DNA of 64,000 nucleotides from positions 1 through 64,000 of the IMG/VR virus record IMGVR_UViG_3300042562_001598; one strand, written 5' to 3'. Under the pieces are notes generated by a model, which made no database searches, had not been told where the DNA came from, and worked only from the letters and a program-made list of their open reading frames with translations. The position numbers and the translations under genes were made by a program. Of the stretch, positions 7,502-17,061 are shown in pieces. How positions within the stretch are numbered: the first letter of the stretch is position 1; every line of letters starts with the position of its first letter.

Positions 7502-8380
7502 TTATGTAATATCAAATTTTCTATCCTTTTTATTAAATACATAATTACCATCAACAATTTTTGTGTTTTGGTTGTCAAATATTAATATATTTTTACCACC
7601 ATTACTAAATTTAGAAAAAATCATTAAATCTGTGTAATAAGGTTTAACATTAGCGGTATTATATATAGTAATGGTGTCATCTTCTTCATTATATTGACTT
7701 CTACCGAAAGGTTTTATTTGTGCGGTATACGTCTTAGGGTATATGGTTAATTCACAATCAACACCTTTAAGAGCGTCTTTATCATTACCTATTTCTGCTA
7801 CGCTTACAACATTTTCATCTTTAAATATTTGTTTTAACACTTTTATTGTGTCATCTTCTGTTTTAGCTCCAGTTCCGGTTGTTCTACTAGTTATTTTAAT
7901 TATTTTGTTAAAAGTTGACGAATTTGGGTTAAAAATTCTAGTTTTATATTCGTCAATAACATTAAGGAATTTTTTAGTTTGTTCAATTTGTTCTTTTGGT
8001 GTCACACCCAATATTTGTATTTCAGGTCTTGACTGACTTCTTAACACTTTATTAACATCATTTAATAAAACACAAAAACAACTATAATTTGTATTAATAA
8101 AATTAAGACCGGAACGACCTTTTTTCTCTAAATCATAAATACCGGATAATTGTCCAGGTCCATATTGATTTGCTTGATAATAGTTGTCCGGAAAAACTTC
8201 CATTAACATTCTATCAATTTCATTCGTAAACATTTTTTTAACTTGTGGGTTTGAGTTGAAAACAAAACGAAATTTTTCATCTAATTCTCTGCTACATTTT
8301 TCGGATGAATTATCACCGGCGGTTGAATTATATTTAATTTGTTCTGTAATATTTTGGGCTTTAGCTTCTATAATTTTCAT
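7502..8380 (-). CDS. Hypothetical protein, possible PD-(D/E)xK nuclease fold
   Basis: 292 aa with MKIIE leader and GAKTED...GVDCEL...TAQIKPF, an E...D...QxK arrangement. Confidence 0.55.
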   Translation of the reverse strand: MKIIEAKAQNITEQIKYNSTAGDNSSEKCSRELDEKFRFVFNSNPQVKKMFTNEIDRMLMEVFPDNYYQANQYGPGQLSGIYDLEKKGRSGLNFINTNYSCFCVLLNDVNKVLRSQSRPEIQILGVTPKEQIEQTKKFLNVIDEYKTRIFNPNSSTFNKIIKITSRTTGTGAKTEDDTIKVLKQIFKDENVVSVAEIGNDKDALKGVDCELTIYPKTYTAQIKPFGRSQYNEEDDTITIYNTANVKPYYTDLMIFSKFSNGGKNILIFDNQNTKIVDGNYVFNKKDRKFDIT

Positions 8381-8405
8381 AATAATTTTTATTTTAATAA
8401 ATAGT

Positions 8406-10166
8406 TTATCTTAACGAATTAATTTTGTTCATCATATTTGCGATGATATCGCCTTTATCTATATTATCACCCATTACGGTGTCAATAACATTCTTTTTAT
8501 TTGATAACATGTCGTAAATTACACCCTCAATACTGTTGTCAAAAATCGGGTAGTACACTGATACGGAGTTTTTCTGACCATATCTATAAGACCTATCTTC
8601 GGCTTGTTGATGATGCGCTGGAACAAAGGATAAGTCATTCATTATAACCGCTTCTCCAGCTGTTAGTGTTATTCCAGCTCCAGCAGCAATTAAATTCCCA
8701 ACAAAAACTTTAATCTTATCATTATTCTGAAATTCATCAACCGCGTATTGTCTTTTTGGGTTGGAACAACTTCCGTCCAAATATACAGATTGTTTTCCAA
8801 AGTGTTCATGTATTTTTTGTAAAACTCCGGTAAAGTTGGTAAAGATAATAACTTTTTTATCTTGGTCAATAATATTTTGTGCTAATTCTATCGTATGTTT
8901 TATTTTTTCTTCGGCAATAACTTGTCTTACCTTCATTAACATACTGAATTGTACGGTTAATGAACTTGATTCCTCTTTTTTCTTATCATACCAATCATAA
9001 TACTCACCCATTAAACCCATATATTGTTTTGAGTTTAATCTCAAATAAACTGGTGTTATGATTTTATCTGGTAAATCTAAAACTTCGGTTTTTAATCTTC
9101 TTAAAAATTGTCTTGAGGTTCTGTCTCTTAATTCCTCTAAATTTGATGCTCCGGTTACATTCCATATTTTACGATTTCCAGCTTTGAATTGGTATCCTTG
9201 GCAATATCTAATAGCGTAAGCCATCCAGTTTTGAGCGACAGGACTTTCTATCAATGAGAGTAAATTAAAATAGTTCATTGGACGAGAAGTCATTGGTGTT
9301 CCGGTTAATAACCAAAGGTATTTACTCTGTTTTACAAAACTATTAACTAATTTAGTTCTTTGAGCTTGACCATTAGAAATATAATGAGCTTCGTCTATTA
9401 TTATTAAGTCAAAGCTAGCTTTTGTTATTAAAGAATTCTCAATATCTTTTAAATCATAAAAGTTTTTAAGGATATCATAATTAATGATTACAAAATCGTG
9501 TTCAGTTGAAAAGTTTTTACCTTCACAAATATATACACTTCTATCCGAATAATTTTCAATTTCTCGTTGCCAATTTATTTTTAATGATGCGGGACAAATA
9601 ATTAATATTTTTTTAACATTAACCTCTAAAGCTGCGATAACCGCTGAGGTCGTTTTTCCTACACCCATGTCGTCTGCTAATATAAACCTTTTTGTTCCTG
9701 ATAGTTTCTCAATTGCGAGTTTTTGATGGTCAAGTGGTGGTCTATGTGAATACTTAGAATAATCAATTACAATTTCTTCGGTTGTGTGGGTTTTTAATAA
9801 CGCACCCTTTGGTAACCAAAAGTCGTGAATGGTCTCACCTGACAATATTTTACCCCAAATATGATAAGCCTTATCTTTCTCAACAAGTAATTTTTCAACC
9901 CAAACTTGTTCGGGTATTTTAACAAGTAATTTTTCGTCGGCTAATTTTTTACCGAAGTAAGGGTCTAAGTCAACCCATTTTTTAGCGACTTTAGGGGTTA
10001 CTTCGTGATAATTAATTATATATTCTGATTGAGAACGAGTTGGAAAGAATTTTTTATTATTTTCCTTTTGGGTTTTCATTTTAAGAATATGGTTATTTGC
10101 TCCCGAATAGGTTTCAAGTATTTCCAACGCTCGTTGTTCTAATAATGGAGTATTTGTATTTTCCAA
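8406..10166 (-). CDS. SNF2/SWI2-family (HARP-like) helicase/translocase
   Basis: ILADDMGVGKT, IIIDEAH, LLTGTP and QAEDRSYRYGQ motifs. TTG start. Confidence 0.9.
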   Translation of the reverse strand: MENTNTPLLEQRALEILETYSGANNHILKMKTQKENNKKFFPTRSQSEYIINYHEVTPKVAKKWVDLDPYFGKKLADEKLLVKIPEQVWVEKLLVEKDKAYHIWGKILSGETIHDFWLPKGALLKTHTTEEIVIDYSKYSHRPPLDHQKLAIEKLSGTKRFILADDMGVGKTTSAVIAALEVNVKKILIICPASLKINWQREIENYSDRSVYICEGKNFSTEHDFVIINYDILKNFYDLKDIENSLITKASFDLIIIDEAHYISNGQAQRTKLVNSFVKQSKYLWLLTGTPMTSRPMNYFNLLSLIESPVAQNWMAYAIRYCQGYQFKAGNRKIWNVTGASNLEELRDRTSRQFLRRLKTEVLDLPDKIITPVYLRLNSKQYMGLMGEYYDWYDKKKEESSSLTVQFSMLMKVRQVIAEEKIKHTIELAQNIIDQDKKVIIFTNFTGVLQKIHEHFGKQSVYLDGSCSNPKRQYAVDEFQNNDKIKVFVGNLIAAGAGITLTAGEAVIMNDLSFVPAHHQQAEDRSYRYGQKNSVSVYYPIFDNSIEGVIYDMLSNKKNVIDTVMGDNIDKGDIIANMMNKINSLR

Positions 10167-10203
10167 AGTTATAATTTTAATTAAAAAATAAGTAATAAAT
10201 GGA

Positions 10204-10215
10204 TATTTATAAATA
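10204..10215. promoter_or_regulatory. Palindromic TATTTATAAATA between divergent genes (two back-to-back TATTTAT motifs)
   Basis: Perfect 12-bp palindrome in the 60-bp gap between the SNF2 gene and the neck gene. Confidence 0.5.
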
Positions 10216-10226
10216 AAAAATTAATT

Positions 10227-10742
10227 ATGTCAAACAATAAAATGCCTATTTCTAGAATTGGTAAATTTTTTGGTGAGGAAGACTATAATTTGGAGCTTTC
10301 ATTTGGTGAGGAATACTTGTATAATGATATGAACTTTACTTTAGTTCTTTATCGTGTTGATAAGTTAAAAACCAAAAAGGATGATGTCTATGGTGAAGCG
10401 GTATCTGACGCGATAACATTTCTACCTCCTGTTGAGTTTAAAGGACTAGTTCAAGTAATGGTACCAGAGAATAAATATTTGGGAACATCTAAAATAGGTC
10501 AATTTGAACCAGGAAATTTACGAGTTTCAGTGTATCAAAGACATTTGGATGAGTTAGAGGTTGAAATTAATTATGGTGATTATATTGGTTATATGGAGAG
10601 TGAGACAGTTATGAGATATTATGTTGTAAACAATGATGGTCGTGTAACTTCAGATAATAAACACACTTATGGTGGGTACAAAGCGTTTTATAGAACAATA
10701 ATGGCATCACCGGTTACTAATGATGAATTCAGAGGATTATGA
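10227..10742 (+). CDS. Neck/head-closure protein (T4 gp14-like)
   Basis: 171 aa; VLYRVD...DDVYGE pattern; located upstream of the tail-completion and sheath genes. Confidence 0.6.
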   Translation: MSNNKMPISRIGKFFGEEDYNLELSFGEEYLYNDMNFTLVLYRVDKLKTKKDDVYGEAVSDAITFLPPVEFKGLVQVMVPENKYLGTSKIGQFEPGNLRVSVYQRHLDELEVEINYGDYIGYMESETVMRYYVVNNDGRVTSDNKHTYGGYKAFYRTIMASPVTNDEFRGL

Positions 10743-11122
10743 AAATTATAATAACAGAAAACAAATTATTTAACTCCATTTATGGTTATTTGGAAAAAAC
10801 ATTCATTGAGGAGGACGAATTACATTGGACGTATGCTGAAGATTTAAGTGACGAATATGGTAACGAGGATGAAAATCTTATAATTTTTTATAGAGGTGAT
10901 TGGGAAGGTGAAGACTTTAGTGATATAGTTTTTGCTTATTACGCTAAAGATTATTTTGATGATAGTCCAGCTAATTCTCATAATAGAAGTCAAGCTCCAA
11001 TGTTAATGGTTACGAAATATTACGACCTTAATGATATGTTTGCTCAGCATTGGATTGAACCTATGAAAAAGTGGTTTGAGGGTAAATTTAATTTACCTGT
11101 TAAAAGTATAACATCTTACTAA
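10739..11122 (+). CDS. Acidic hypothetical protein, paralogue A
   Basis: 127 aa; shares MKIIITENKLFNSI, FAYY-KDY and EPMKKWFE-KF-LPV with the next ORF. Confidence 0.75.
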   Translation: MKIIITENKLFNSIYGYLEKTFIEEDELHWTYAEDLSDEYGNEDENLIIFYRGDWEGEDFSDIVFAYYAKDYFDDSPANSHNRSQAPMLMVTKYYDLNDMFAQHWIEPMKKWFEGKFNLPVKSITSY

Positions 11123-11124
11123 CT

Positions 11125-11156
11125 AAAATATAAAAATATAAAAATATAAAAATATG
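11125..11156 (+). repeat. Short tandem repeat (AAAAATAT, about 4 copies) running into the ATG of paralogue B
   Basis: aaaatat aaaaatat aaaaatat aaaaatat g. Confidence 0.7.
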
Positions 11157-11537
11157 AAAATAATTATTACAGAGAATAAGTTATTTAATTCCATTACAAA
11201 GTATTTGGAAAATACCTACAATTCTGAAGATGATTTAAACTGGGTGTATGACGAATTGTATGATTATGTGAATGATGTATATGATGACCCAATCAATGAA
11301 AATATAAGACTTTATTTTAATGGTTGGCTTGAAGGTGACCATAGTAATGTAATTTTCGCATATTATGATAAAGATTATTGGGATGATGCACCATCAAGAG
11401 CTGAAGCGCCAAAGTTAGTTGTTATGGAATATGATGAACTTACTGAAATGTTTAGTGAATATTGGAAAGAACCAATGAAAAAATGGTTTGAGGAAAAATT
11501 TGGTTTACCGGTAACTTCTGTTACACGAGATGTGTAA
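11154..11537 (+). CDS. Acidic hypothetical protein, paralogue B
   Basis: 127 aa; tandem duplicate of 10739..11122. Confidence 0.75.
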   Translation: MKIIITENKLFNSITKYLENTYNSEDDLNWVYDELYDYVNDVYDDPINENIRLYFNGWLEGDHSNVIFAYYDKDYWDDAPSRAEAPKLVVMEYDELTEMFSEYWKEPMKKWFEEKFGLPVTSVTRDV

Positions 11538-11541
11538 AAAT

Positions 11542-11631
11542 ATGAAAATCATAATAACTGAAATACAAAAAAGATTACTTGAAAATATAAACAAAACAAG
11601 GGTTATTTGTTATAATTGTGGTTGGTTATGA
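11542..11631 (+). pseudogene. Short or truncated ORF with MKIIITE leader and a half zinc-ribbon (29 aa; absent from the ORF track)
   Basis: Hand translation MKIIITEIQKRLLENINKTRVICYNCGWL*. Has the same leader as the upstream paralogues and a single CxxC, and overlaps the next ORF out of frame. Confidence 0.5.
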
Positions 11632-12026
11632 TAATGAATAATGAGGATAACCATATAGACAAAAAAGTAATGGTTTATTATAACTTAAATAAACACACAT
11701 TTTCAGTTACTTATAAAAATATACTAATTACATACGCAGATTATATTAAATTAACGGATGTTGAATTTAGAGTTAGACCGGGAGGTAGAGAAAGAGTATT
11801 AAAAGAAAAAAGAAAAAATGTTCACGCATTTGTAATCGGAACACTAAAGGAATATTGTAAATACCCTTGTGAGAGTTTACCAAATGACATAAATGACGAC
11901 ATTGTTACCTACGACCCTTACAAGTATAATTCTTATGTGATGAAAGACACCGAAGAACCAATATACAATTCCGATGAGGTTGAGATGATAAATTCAAGAA
12001 ACAAAATATTTATAACAAAACGATAA
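11616..12026 (+). CDS. Hypothetical phage protein
   Basis: VYYNLNKHTFSV...VEFRVRPGGRERVLKEKRKNVHAFVIG resembles phage hypotheticals I recall. True start uncertain (possibly 11628 or 11634). Confidence 0.7.
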   Translation: MWLVMIMNNEDNHIDKKVMVYYNLNKHTFSVTYKNILITYADYIKLTDVEFRVRPGGRERVLKEKRKNVHAFVIGTLKEYCKYPCESLPNDINDDIVTYDPYKYNSYVMKDTEEPIYNSDEVEMINSRNKIFITKR

Positions 12027-12027
12027 A

Positions 12028-13065
12028 ATGCCATTACCTAAAAAAAATAAAAAACATATTCCTTTAACTTATACTAAAACTCTATACCCTAGACGACAAG
12101 AATTAGTTGATAAGATAAATGAACACGGAACTTATTTACCTAAATCAATACTACACGCCGATTTAGATGGGGGTTTTTTGTCATTTGTTAAAAATGAATT
12201 GAAAACGGTTGTAGATGGAAAAACCATTCCTATGGTTGATATTTTAATGACTACTCAAAATTGGTCTCAATTTACTGAAACTTGGGATTTTCAAAATATA
12301 GATAAAAATGTTGAACCACCACTTATAACTGTGGTTAGAATTCCTGAAGTTAAATTTGGTACAAACCCAGCTTTACTATACAACATACCAAATAGAAAAC
12401 AATATTTCTACGCGCAAGTGCCAACTTGGGATGGTCAACGACAAGGCATGGATATCTATAAAATCCCACAACCAGTTCCTGTTGATATTTCTTACACTGT
12501 TAAAATTATTTGTAATAGGATGCGAGAATTAAATGAGTTTAATAAGAATATTATTGAGACATTTGCTTCAAGACAAGCGTACACAACAATTAAAGGTCAT
12601 TACATACCAATTATTATGGGTAATATTTCTGACGAATCTGTTATGGATATTGAAAAGAGAAAGTATTACATTCAAAGTTACGAATTTACCGTTTTAGGAT
12701 TTCTTATTGATGAAAATGAATTTGAGGTTTCTCCGGCAATAACAAGAGTATTACAAGTTGTTGAGTTTGATACTAAAATTAAAAAAAGGAGTGTTAAACC
12801 AAAGGATGTGCAATCAACCACATTTTCAATTTTTACATATCCTATTGGTGTTGTAACTTTTACACAAGTATTTAATTATACTACAAATATTACTTTGGGT
12901 GATTTATTGAATATTAATAGTTTTAATGTGTATATTAATGGTTATTTTTATGGTTCAGATTTATCTGAAATATTAATTAATACAAATGACTCATTAAAGA
13001 TAGACATTATTAAAAAAGATGTTAATAAAGAAAGTACTATTAAATTAAATAATGTGTTAATTTAA
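12028..13065 (+). CDS. Tail completion/sheath terminator protein (T4 gp15-like)
   Basis: PQPVPVDISYTVKIIC...MRELNEFNKNIIETF motif; located upstream of the sheath gene. Confidence 0.6.
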   Translation: MPLPKKNKKHIPLTYTKTLYPRRQELVDKINEHGTYLPKSILHADLDGGFLSFVKNELKTVVDGKTIPMVDILMTTQNWSQFTETWDFQNIDKNVEPPLITVVRIPEVKFGTNPALLYNIPNRKQYFYAQVPTWDGQRQGMDIYKIPQPVPVDISYTVKIICNRMRELNEFNKNIIETFASRQAYTTIKGHYIPIIMGNISDESVMDIEKRKYYIQSYEFTVLGFLIDENEFEVSPAITRVLQVVEFDTKIKKRSVKPKDVQSTTFSIFTYPIGVVTFTQVFNYTTNITLGDLLNINSFNVYINGYFYGSDLSEILINTNDSLKIDIIKKDVNKESTIKLNNVLI

Positions 13066-13226
13066 TTTTCACCATAGATATCTTTTTTATCTTTACAAGT
13101 TTCAATAATTAAATTTTCTAAAAACTTGTAAATTTTAATACCTCTCTTTTCACAATATAGTTTTAATATATTATGAGCATCTTCCGATATTTTTAAGTTT
13201 TTTATTTTTTTATTATTTTCTTCCAT
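13062..13226 (-). CDS. Small ribbon-helix-helix-like regulator (54 aa)
   Basis: MEENNKKIKNLKISEDAHNILKLYCEKRGIKIYKFLENLIIETCK. The ATG at 13226 is preceded by TATTTAT (13232-13238), favouring it over the ORF-track start at 13334. Confidence 0.7.
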   Translation of the reverse strand: MEENNKKIKNLKISEDAHNILKLYCEKRGIKIYKFLENLIIETCKDKKDIYGEN

Positions 13227-13279
13227 AGTATATAAATACTTCATAATTAAAAATAAGTGAGATAAAGTATTGATTTTAT

Positions 13280-13301
13280 AAAGGTAGAAAAAAGGTAGAA
13301 A
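13280..13301 (+). repeat. 11-bp perfect tandem repeat AAAGGTAGAAA x2 in the divergent RHH/sheath intergenic region
   Basis: Seen directly at 13280-13290 and 13291-13301. Confidence 0.8.
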
Positions 13302-13405
13302 AAAGTATCCTAAATTATAAATTCTTTGTTGCAAGTAAAGTGTTTTGGTTTTTTTTGTAATATTTATATATAAAATAAATTATTAACTAAAAAAAAAACA
13401 AACTA

Positions 13406-16400
13406 ATGGCAACAAACAGTAAAGTATTTGTATCTCCTGGAGTATACACATCTGAAGTTGATTTAAGTTTCGTAGCTCAGAGTGTAGGTGTTACTACATT
13501 GGGTATTGTTGGTGAAACTCTAAAGGGACCAGCATTTGAACCTATCTTTATACGAAATTTTGACGAATTTTCAGCGTTTTTTGGAGGAACATCTCCAGAA
13601 AAATTCATCAACACCCAAATACCAAAGTACGAGGCGTCTTATATTGCAAAATCTTATTTGCAACAATCTAATCAATTATTTGTGACTAGAGTATTAGGTT
13701 TATCTGGGTATGATGCGGGTCCTTCTTGGACAATAACAACAGTTGCTAATGTTGACCCAACAACAATTCATTTTGAATGTTCGGGAAATACAACTGTAAA
13801 TTGTAATGTTGCTTGTACAGCTTACACTAAAACATTAATTTCTGTTAACTTTACAGGGTGTACCGGTAACATTGACAGTATTGGTTTCACATCAAATTTC
13901 CCATCTGAAATTTCTGGTAAGTTAAATTCAACTTATGAGTTGTTTAATGGTAGTACTTCAGTTATTAATACTAATTTAAAATCTCAAATTTTTGATATTA
14001 TTAATACTCCAAGTACTTCAGCAACATCTATATATTATTTTGGAGCAATTTCATCTGAAGATTATAATTCATCGTTAACATCTGGTTATACTTCACCTGT
14101 AAATGTTTTTGGTGTGGATAATGTTGATGGTGGGTTAATTAATTATTCCGCACCACAAAATGATACTTGGTATTATTCTTTATTTGATAATGTTGGTAAT
14201 ACGGTATATAGTGGTAGTTCATTCTATACTACTATTAGTAAATTTGTACAAACATCTCAATCATCAAATTGTGCATCATTCTTTAATTTTAGTATTTCAG
14301 GAACTGCTGGAAGTATCAATTACAATAATAATACTATTGATGTTGTATTACCTTATTCAGGTTTTTCAGGAACTTCATTATCGGCTTTAACACCTGTATT
14401 CAGTGCTTGTACTTCAGATGTGAAAGTTAGTGGTGTTACTCAAGTAAGTAATGTAACTACTAATAACTTCACTGGAACTTGTCTAACTTATGTTTTACGT
14501 TCATCGGATTCTGCGGTTACAACAAATTGGAATGTTTGTGTTACAGTTCAAGACCCTTGTGCTCCGGTAACACCAAATAATTCAGGTACTAATAATACAG
14601 GGACTATTCAAACTTGTTATTCAGGTACAGTTACAGGTTATACTTACACATTTGATGGAACATCTTACTCTGACTATGATGAGTTAGTTTTAGCGACATT
14701 ACGTTCTAGAGGTATTGCGACATATTCAACAGATAACGGACCGGTTTATGAGGTGTCAGGTTTAACTAAGGTATCTTTAAATGTTACTGGTGCTACTTAT
14801 TCTGGTGCAACTAAAAATCCTTTTAACACTTTTGGTATTAATGTGACTAATAAAGATGGTAATGTGTTTTTCTTTGAAACTTCATTCAGTAATGCTGACC
14901 CTAAATATATTAGTAAAGTATTTGGTACTACTAACTTCTCTAAACCAAGAACTACTGTTCCATTGTTTGTTGAAGAAGACTTTAAAACATTATTAAATTA
15001 TGGTTATAGAAAAGGATACATTAGAGGTATTAATAGTCAATTAACGGCTTTAAATAGTGCTAAATTAGACAATACTGGAACATCAATTGCTTGGTATTTA
15101 GAAAAGTATCAATCACCAACATCTCCTTGGTTAGTTTCAGAATTGAGAGGTAATAAAGTTTATGACTTATTCAAATTTACAACAATTGCTGATGGTGATG
15201 CTGCAAATACTGAAGTTAAAATATCTATTGCTAACATCTCATTTAATAACGGAACTTTTGATGTACTTGTAAGAGACTTCTTTGATACAGATAATAACCC
15301 TGTGGTTATTGAAAAATTCACTAATTGTAATATGAATCCTAATGATAACGCATTCGTTGCGAAAAAAATAGGTACTGTTGATGGTGAATATGAATTGAAT
15401 TCTAAATATGTTATGATTGAAATTAATGAGGACGCACCAATTGACGCACTTCCTTGTGGTTTCTTAGGTTATAACTATAGAGAATATGCTGGTGTTCGTT
15501 CACCTTTCCCAGTTGTTAAAAGTAAATACGATTATCCTGGTGAAGTAATTTATAACCCACCTTTCGGTATCTCTTCAGGTGATGATAACTCAACAAAAAG
15601 TGGTGGTGATAATGTTCGTAGAACTTATTTAGGACTTTCTGATACTATTGGTATTGATTCTAGTTTCTTTGGTTATAAAGGTAAACAATCACCTTTGAAT
15701 ATCGCTTGTGATACAACAGGTGACGATTGGTCTTTCAGAACAAAAGGATTCCACATGGATAAAAACGCGAGTGGTATTACAATTCCTAATACATTCTCAA
15801 CTAGTGGAACTCCAGCATTCTTTGTTGGTAGTGCAGATTTTACATCTGACCCAACTTCAGAATCTAATCCATATTACAGATTATACGCTCGTAAATTCTC
15901 ATTGTTAGTTCAAGGAGGTTTTGACGGATGGGATATCTATAGAGAATCAAGAACAAATTCAGATAGATTTGCTATTGGAAAAACTGGTTATTTAAATGGT
16001 GCAAGTGCTAGTTGTTCAACTAAATATCCTTCAGCTACAGGTTGGGGTGCATTTAAACAAATTACTGTTGGAGACAATAGTCAAGATTGGGCTAATACAG
16101 ATTATTACGCTTATTTATTAGGTCAAAGAACTTTCTCTAATCCTGAATCGGTAAATATTAATATATTTGTAACACCAGGTATTGATTATGTAAATAATTC
16201 TAATTTGGTTGAAGATGCGATTGAAATGATTGAGTTTAATAGAGCTGACTCATTGTATATTGCAACAACACCAGATTATAATATGTTTGTACCATCAGTA
16301 GGTGAATCAACTGATTTAATTTACCCACAAGAAGCGGTAGATAACTTAGACCAAACAGGTATTGACTCTAACTACACTGCAACTTACTATCCTTGGGTAT

Positions 16401-16987
16401 TAACTAGAGATAGTGTTAATAACACTCAAATCTATTTACCACCAACAGCGGAAGTAACAAGAAACTTAGCTTTAACTGATAACATCGCATTCCCTTGGTT
16501 TGCGGCAGCCGGTTATACAAGAGGTATTGTTAATGCTGTTAAAGCGAGAAAGAAACTTACTCAAGAAGATAGAGATACACTTTATAATGGTAGAATCAAC
16601 CCTATCGCAACCTTCTCTGACGTTGGAACTGTAATTTGGGGTAATAAAACATTACAAGTTAAACAATCAGCTCTTGACAGAATTAATGTTAGAAGATTAT
16701 TGTTACAAGCGAGAAAATTAATTTCTGCTGTGTCTGTAAGATTGTTATTTGAACAAAATGACCAAAAAGTAAGACAAGATTTCTTAGATGCGGTTAACCC
16801 TATTTTAGATGCTATCAGAAGAGATAGAGGTCTTTATGATTTCCGAGTATCGGTTTCTTCAGACGCTGCTGATTTAGATAGAAATCAAATGACAGGTAAG
16901 ATTTACATCAAACCAACTAAATCTTTAGAATTCATTGATATTACATTCTACATTACTCCAACTGGAGCGTCTTTTGAGAATATTTAA
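13406..16987 (+). CDS. Contractile tail sheath protein (gp18-like) with a large N-proximal insertion
   Basis: N-terminal VSPGVYTSEVD and C-terminal WFAAAGYTRG...INPI...WGNKT...DRINVRRLL...IKPTKSLEFI sheath motifs. Confidence 0.95.
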   Translation: MATNSKVFVSPGVYTSEVDLSFVAQSVGVTTLGIVGETLKGPAFEPIFIRNFDEFSAFFGGTSPEKFINTQIPKYEASYIAKSYLQQSNQLFVTRVLGLSGYDAGPSWTITTVANVDPTTIHFECSGNTTVNCNVACTAYTKTLISVNFTGCTGNIDSIGFTSNFPSEISGKLNSTYELFNGSTSVINTNLKSQIFDIINTPSTSATSIYYFGAISSEDYNSSLTSGYTSPVNVFGVDNVDGGLINYSAPQNDTWYYSLFDNVGNTVYSGSSFYTTISKFVQTSQSSNCASFFNFSISGTAGSINYNNNTIDVVLPYSGFSGTSLSALTPVFSACTSDVKVSGVTQVSNVTTNNFTGTCLTYVLRSSDSAVTTNWNVCVTVQDPCAPVTPNNSGTNNTGTIQTCYSGTVTGYTYTFDGTSYSDYDELVLATLRSRGIATYSTDNGPVYEVSGLTKVSLNVTGATYSGATKNPFNTFGINVTNKDGNVFFFETSFSNADPKYISKVFGTTNFSKPRTTVPLFVEEDFKTLLNYGYRKGYIRGINSQLTALNSAKLDNTGTSIAWYLEKYQSPTSPWLVSELRGNKVYDLFKFTTIADGDAANTEVKISIANISFNNGTFDVLVRDFFDTDNNPVVIEKFTNCNMNPNDNAFVAKKIGTVDGEYELNSKYVMIEINEDAPIDALPCGFLGYNYREYAGVRSPFPVVKSKYDYPGEVIYNPPFGISSGDDNSTKSGGDNVRRTYLGLSDTIGIDSSFFGYKGKQSPLNIACDTTGDDWSFRTKGFHMDKNASGITIPNTFSTSGTPAFFVGSADFTSDPTSESNPYYRLYARKFSLLVQGGFDGWDIYRESRTNSDRFAIGKTGYLNGASASCSTKYPSATGWGAFKQITVGDNSQDWANTDYYAYLLGQRTFSNPESVNINIFVTPGIDYVNNSNLVEDAIEMIEFNRADSLYIATTPDYNMFVPSVGESTDLIYPQEAVDNLDQTGIDSNYTATYYPWVLTRDSVNNTQIYLPPTAEVTRNLALTDNIAFPWFAAAGYTRGIVNAVKARKKLTQEDRDTLYNGRINPIATFSDVGTVIWGNKTLQVKQSALDRINVRRLLLQARKLISAVSVRLLFEQNDQKVRQDFLDAVNPILDAIRRDRGLYDFRVSVSSDAADLDRNQMTGKIYIKPTKSLEFIDITFYITPTGASFENI

Positions 16988-17010
16988 TAGACTTAATAGA
17001 TTTTTTTATA

Positions 17011-17040
17011 AAAAACCCTCTTTAATCGGAGGGTTTTTTT
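17011..17040 (+). terminator. Intrinsic terminator after the sheath gene
   Basis: aaaaaccctc...gagggttttttt stem plus T-run. Confidence 0.8.
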
Positions 17041-17061
17041 ATTTACTGTATATTTATAAGT

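Noticed and set aside
13227-13334. ORF-track N-terminal extension of the minus-strand RHH gene
   Set aside because: The extension is low-complexity intergenic sequence; the ATG at 13226 has the usual TATTTAT directly upstream.
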